A DNA stretch of 64,000 nucleotides from Geosiphon pyriformis uo1 (Eukaryota > Fungi > Glomeromycota). The notes under the pieces were generated by a model that did no database searches, was not told the origin of the DNA, and worked only from the letters and a program-made list of their open reading frames with translations. The stretch is from positions 1,222,604 through 1,286,603 of the forward strand of contig JAAOMT010000226.1 in NCBI GenBank assembly GCA_016748015.1, in the 5' to 3' direction. The translations under genes and the position numbers were made by a program. Numbering within the stretch: the first letter of the stretch is position 1; every line of letters starts with the position of its first letter. Below are positions 62,601-64,000 of the stretch, in pieces.

Positions 62601-64000
62601 GACCACTCACACCCTAGTATCACTAATCAAGCTTGAAGAAAAAAAGGAAAAACTTATCTGAGAAGCCTACCAAGTCTCATGAGCCAACAATAAGCACAAT
62701 AAACTACTGTTTATACTCTTATGGGATGACAAGGAAAAGAGAAAGCAAAAAAAGGAACTTATTTGGAATAATGATCAAATATTGTGGACTGACAATAATT
62801 AGGATAAGCTGACACTAATTTGGAAGTGGAAAGAAACCAAAAAAAGGAAAGAAAAAGAAAAAGAAAAAGAGCCAGCACTAGCAACTATTACAACTTATAC
62901 CCCATATATCTATACCCTACCACAACTGTCTAACTATTGCCAATTGAAACTAGTGTATATCAATTATGGCAAGAAATTGTTATCAATAGATGCATACTGT
63001 AGTGATGATAAAAAATACCTAATGGCAACAAAATTTTATTGTTGTCTTTATATTTTTAAACAATTTGAATGACCAAAAAGACAAGAAAAATAGGATAATG
63101 AGTCTTGTCTTGCCTATAAAATTATCTTGTCTGATGAAAAAATGTGAAATAACATTCCTGGGCATAAAAGAACATGCAATGAAACATGTTAGTATATTAT
63201 CTTAATAAACAATTGAGTACAAAAAAAAACTCCAATTAATAATGCATGGAAAAGAGTGTTGTAATAATTGAAAGAATATCCCCACAATAAACATAAGATT
63301 TGGAGAATAGTGAATGTAAAAGCAGAAGATGCAATAATCAGTAAACTACTAGAAATTAAAAACAACTTCTTATTACTTCCAGAATCTAAATATGTCCAAA
63401 CTTTTAACATTTTTGACAACATTGAAGATAATTTCAAAGAATTCCACAAACATTACCAACAACTGGTCTCAACAAAAGAAAAGCAAAAACAATGGCTAGA
63501 GCAGTTGAATATTAGATTATGTCAATATTGTTTAATTTTCAGTAATTTTGAATATTGTGATAATTGTGATCTCATTTACAATCTACCACTACACATAATC
63601 TATACAATTCCAAAAGAGAAAAAACCAATAAACAGCTGCACATTAGAATCAAATTTCAATCCCAATTCAAACTCCAACAATGATAACAATGATAACAACA
63701 GTTCTAGCACTATTTAAAATAGCAACCAAAATAACAATGATTTAAATCCTGAACTATATATTGTGCTTCTTGATTTCACCAAGAAGCAGGAACTAAAATA
63801 GTTCAGTAACAATATTGAAGATATTATGTTAGAATGTATGTATAATACTGATGTTGGATTTAATTTGAGATATTCAGTAAAGAATACCATTAAATTAGAA
63901 CCATATTCACACATACGCATTGATCTTAAAATAGCACTGGAAATCTTAGCAACAACAATGATTCAACTAGCATCAAGGAGTAGTTTAGCAAAAAAAGGAA

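Larger units (their letters stand above)
49111..64000 (+). mobile_element. Gypsy family C element: 5' LTR (49111-49779 + 59690-59852) split by Gypsy B, PBS, gag, protease, Cys-rich domain, start of dUTPase; continues past the window
   Basis: LTR halves rejoin to match 38683-39516; PBS TGGTGCTTCCTGTGAGG at 59855; protease IKLILDSSLANSII; dUTPase DVGFNL..ASRSSLAKKG at the window end. Confidence 0.9.

Overview
Eukaryotic, almost certainly fungal, repeat-rich window. The intron style, the U12 intron and the transposon repertoire suggest Glomeromycotina/Mucoromycota, Geosiphon-like (inference; no search run). There is one host-gene island (~22.05-24.3 kb): an intron-containing tRNA-Arg(UCU) and a 5-exon NASP/Sim3-type histone chaperone whose fourth intron is a U12 AT-AC minor intron. 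Nearly everything else is nested transposons decayed to varying degrees by G:C->A:T transitions. (1) At least four Ty3/Gypsy families (A 7341-17784; B 49780-59685, plus a decayed copy and a solo LTR; C 39669-45870 and 49111-end; D 33510-39668). They have TGTTA..TAACA termini and 4-bp TSDs. Their composite layout is unusual: apparent GTG-started gag-protease-Cys-rich domain-dUTPase-RT-RNaseH (A, B, C), a separately started integrase ORF, and a conserved unknown ORF3 abutting the PPT (A-D). (2) RNase H-bearing LINEs. (3) An ORF1-only (HAL1-like) LINE derivative sharing the LINE 3' tail, apparently in two copies. (4) A hAT remnant and five solo LTRs. The stretches 8.0-11.0 kb and 15.4-16.1 kb contain N-gaps with duplicated segments and are partly assembly artefact. 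All alignments were done by eye.
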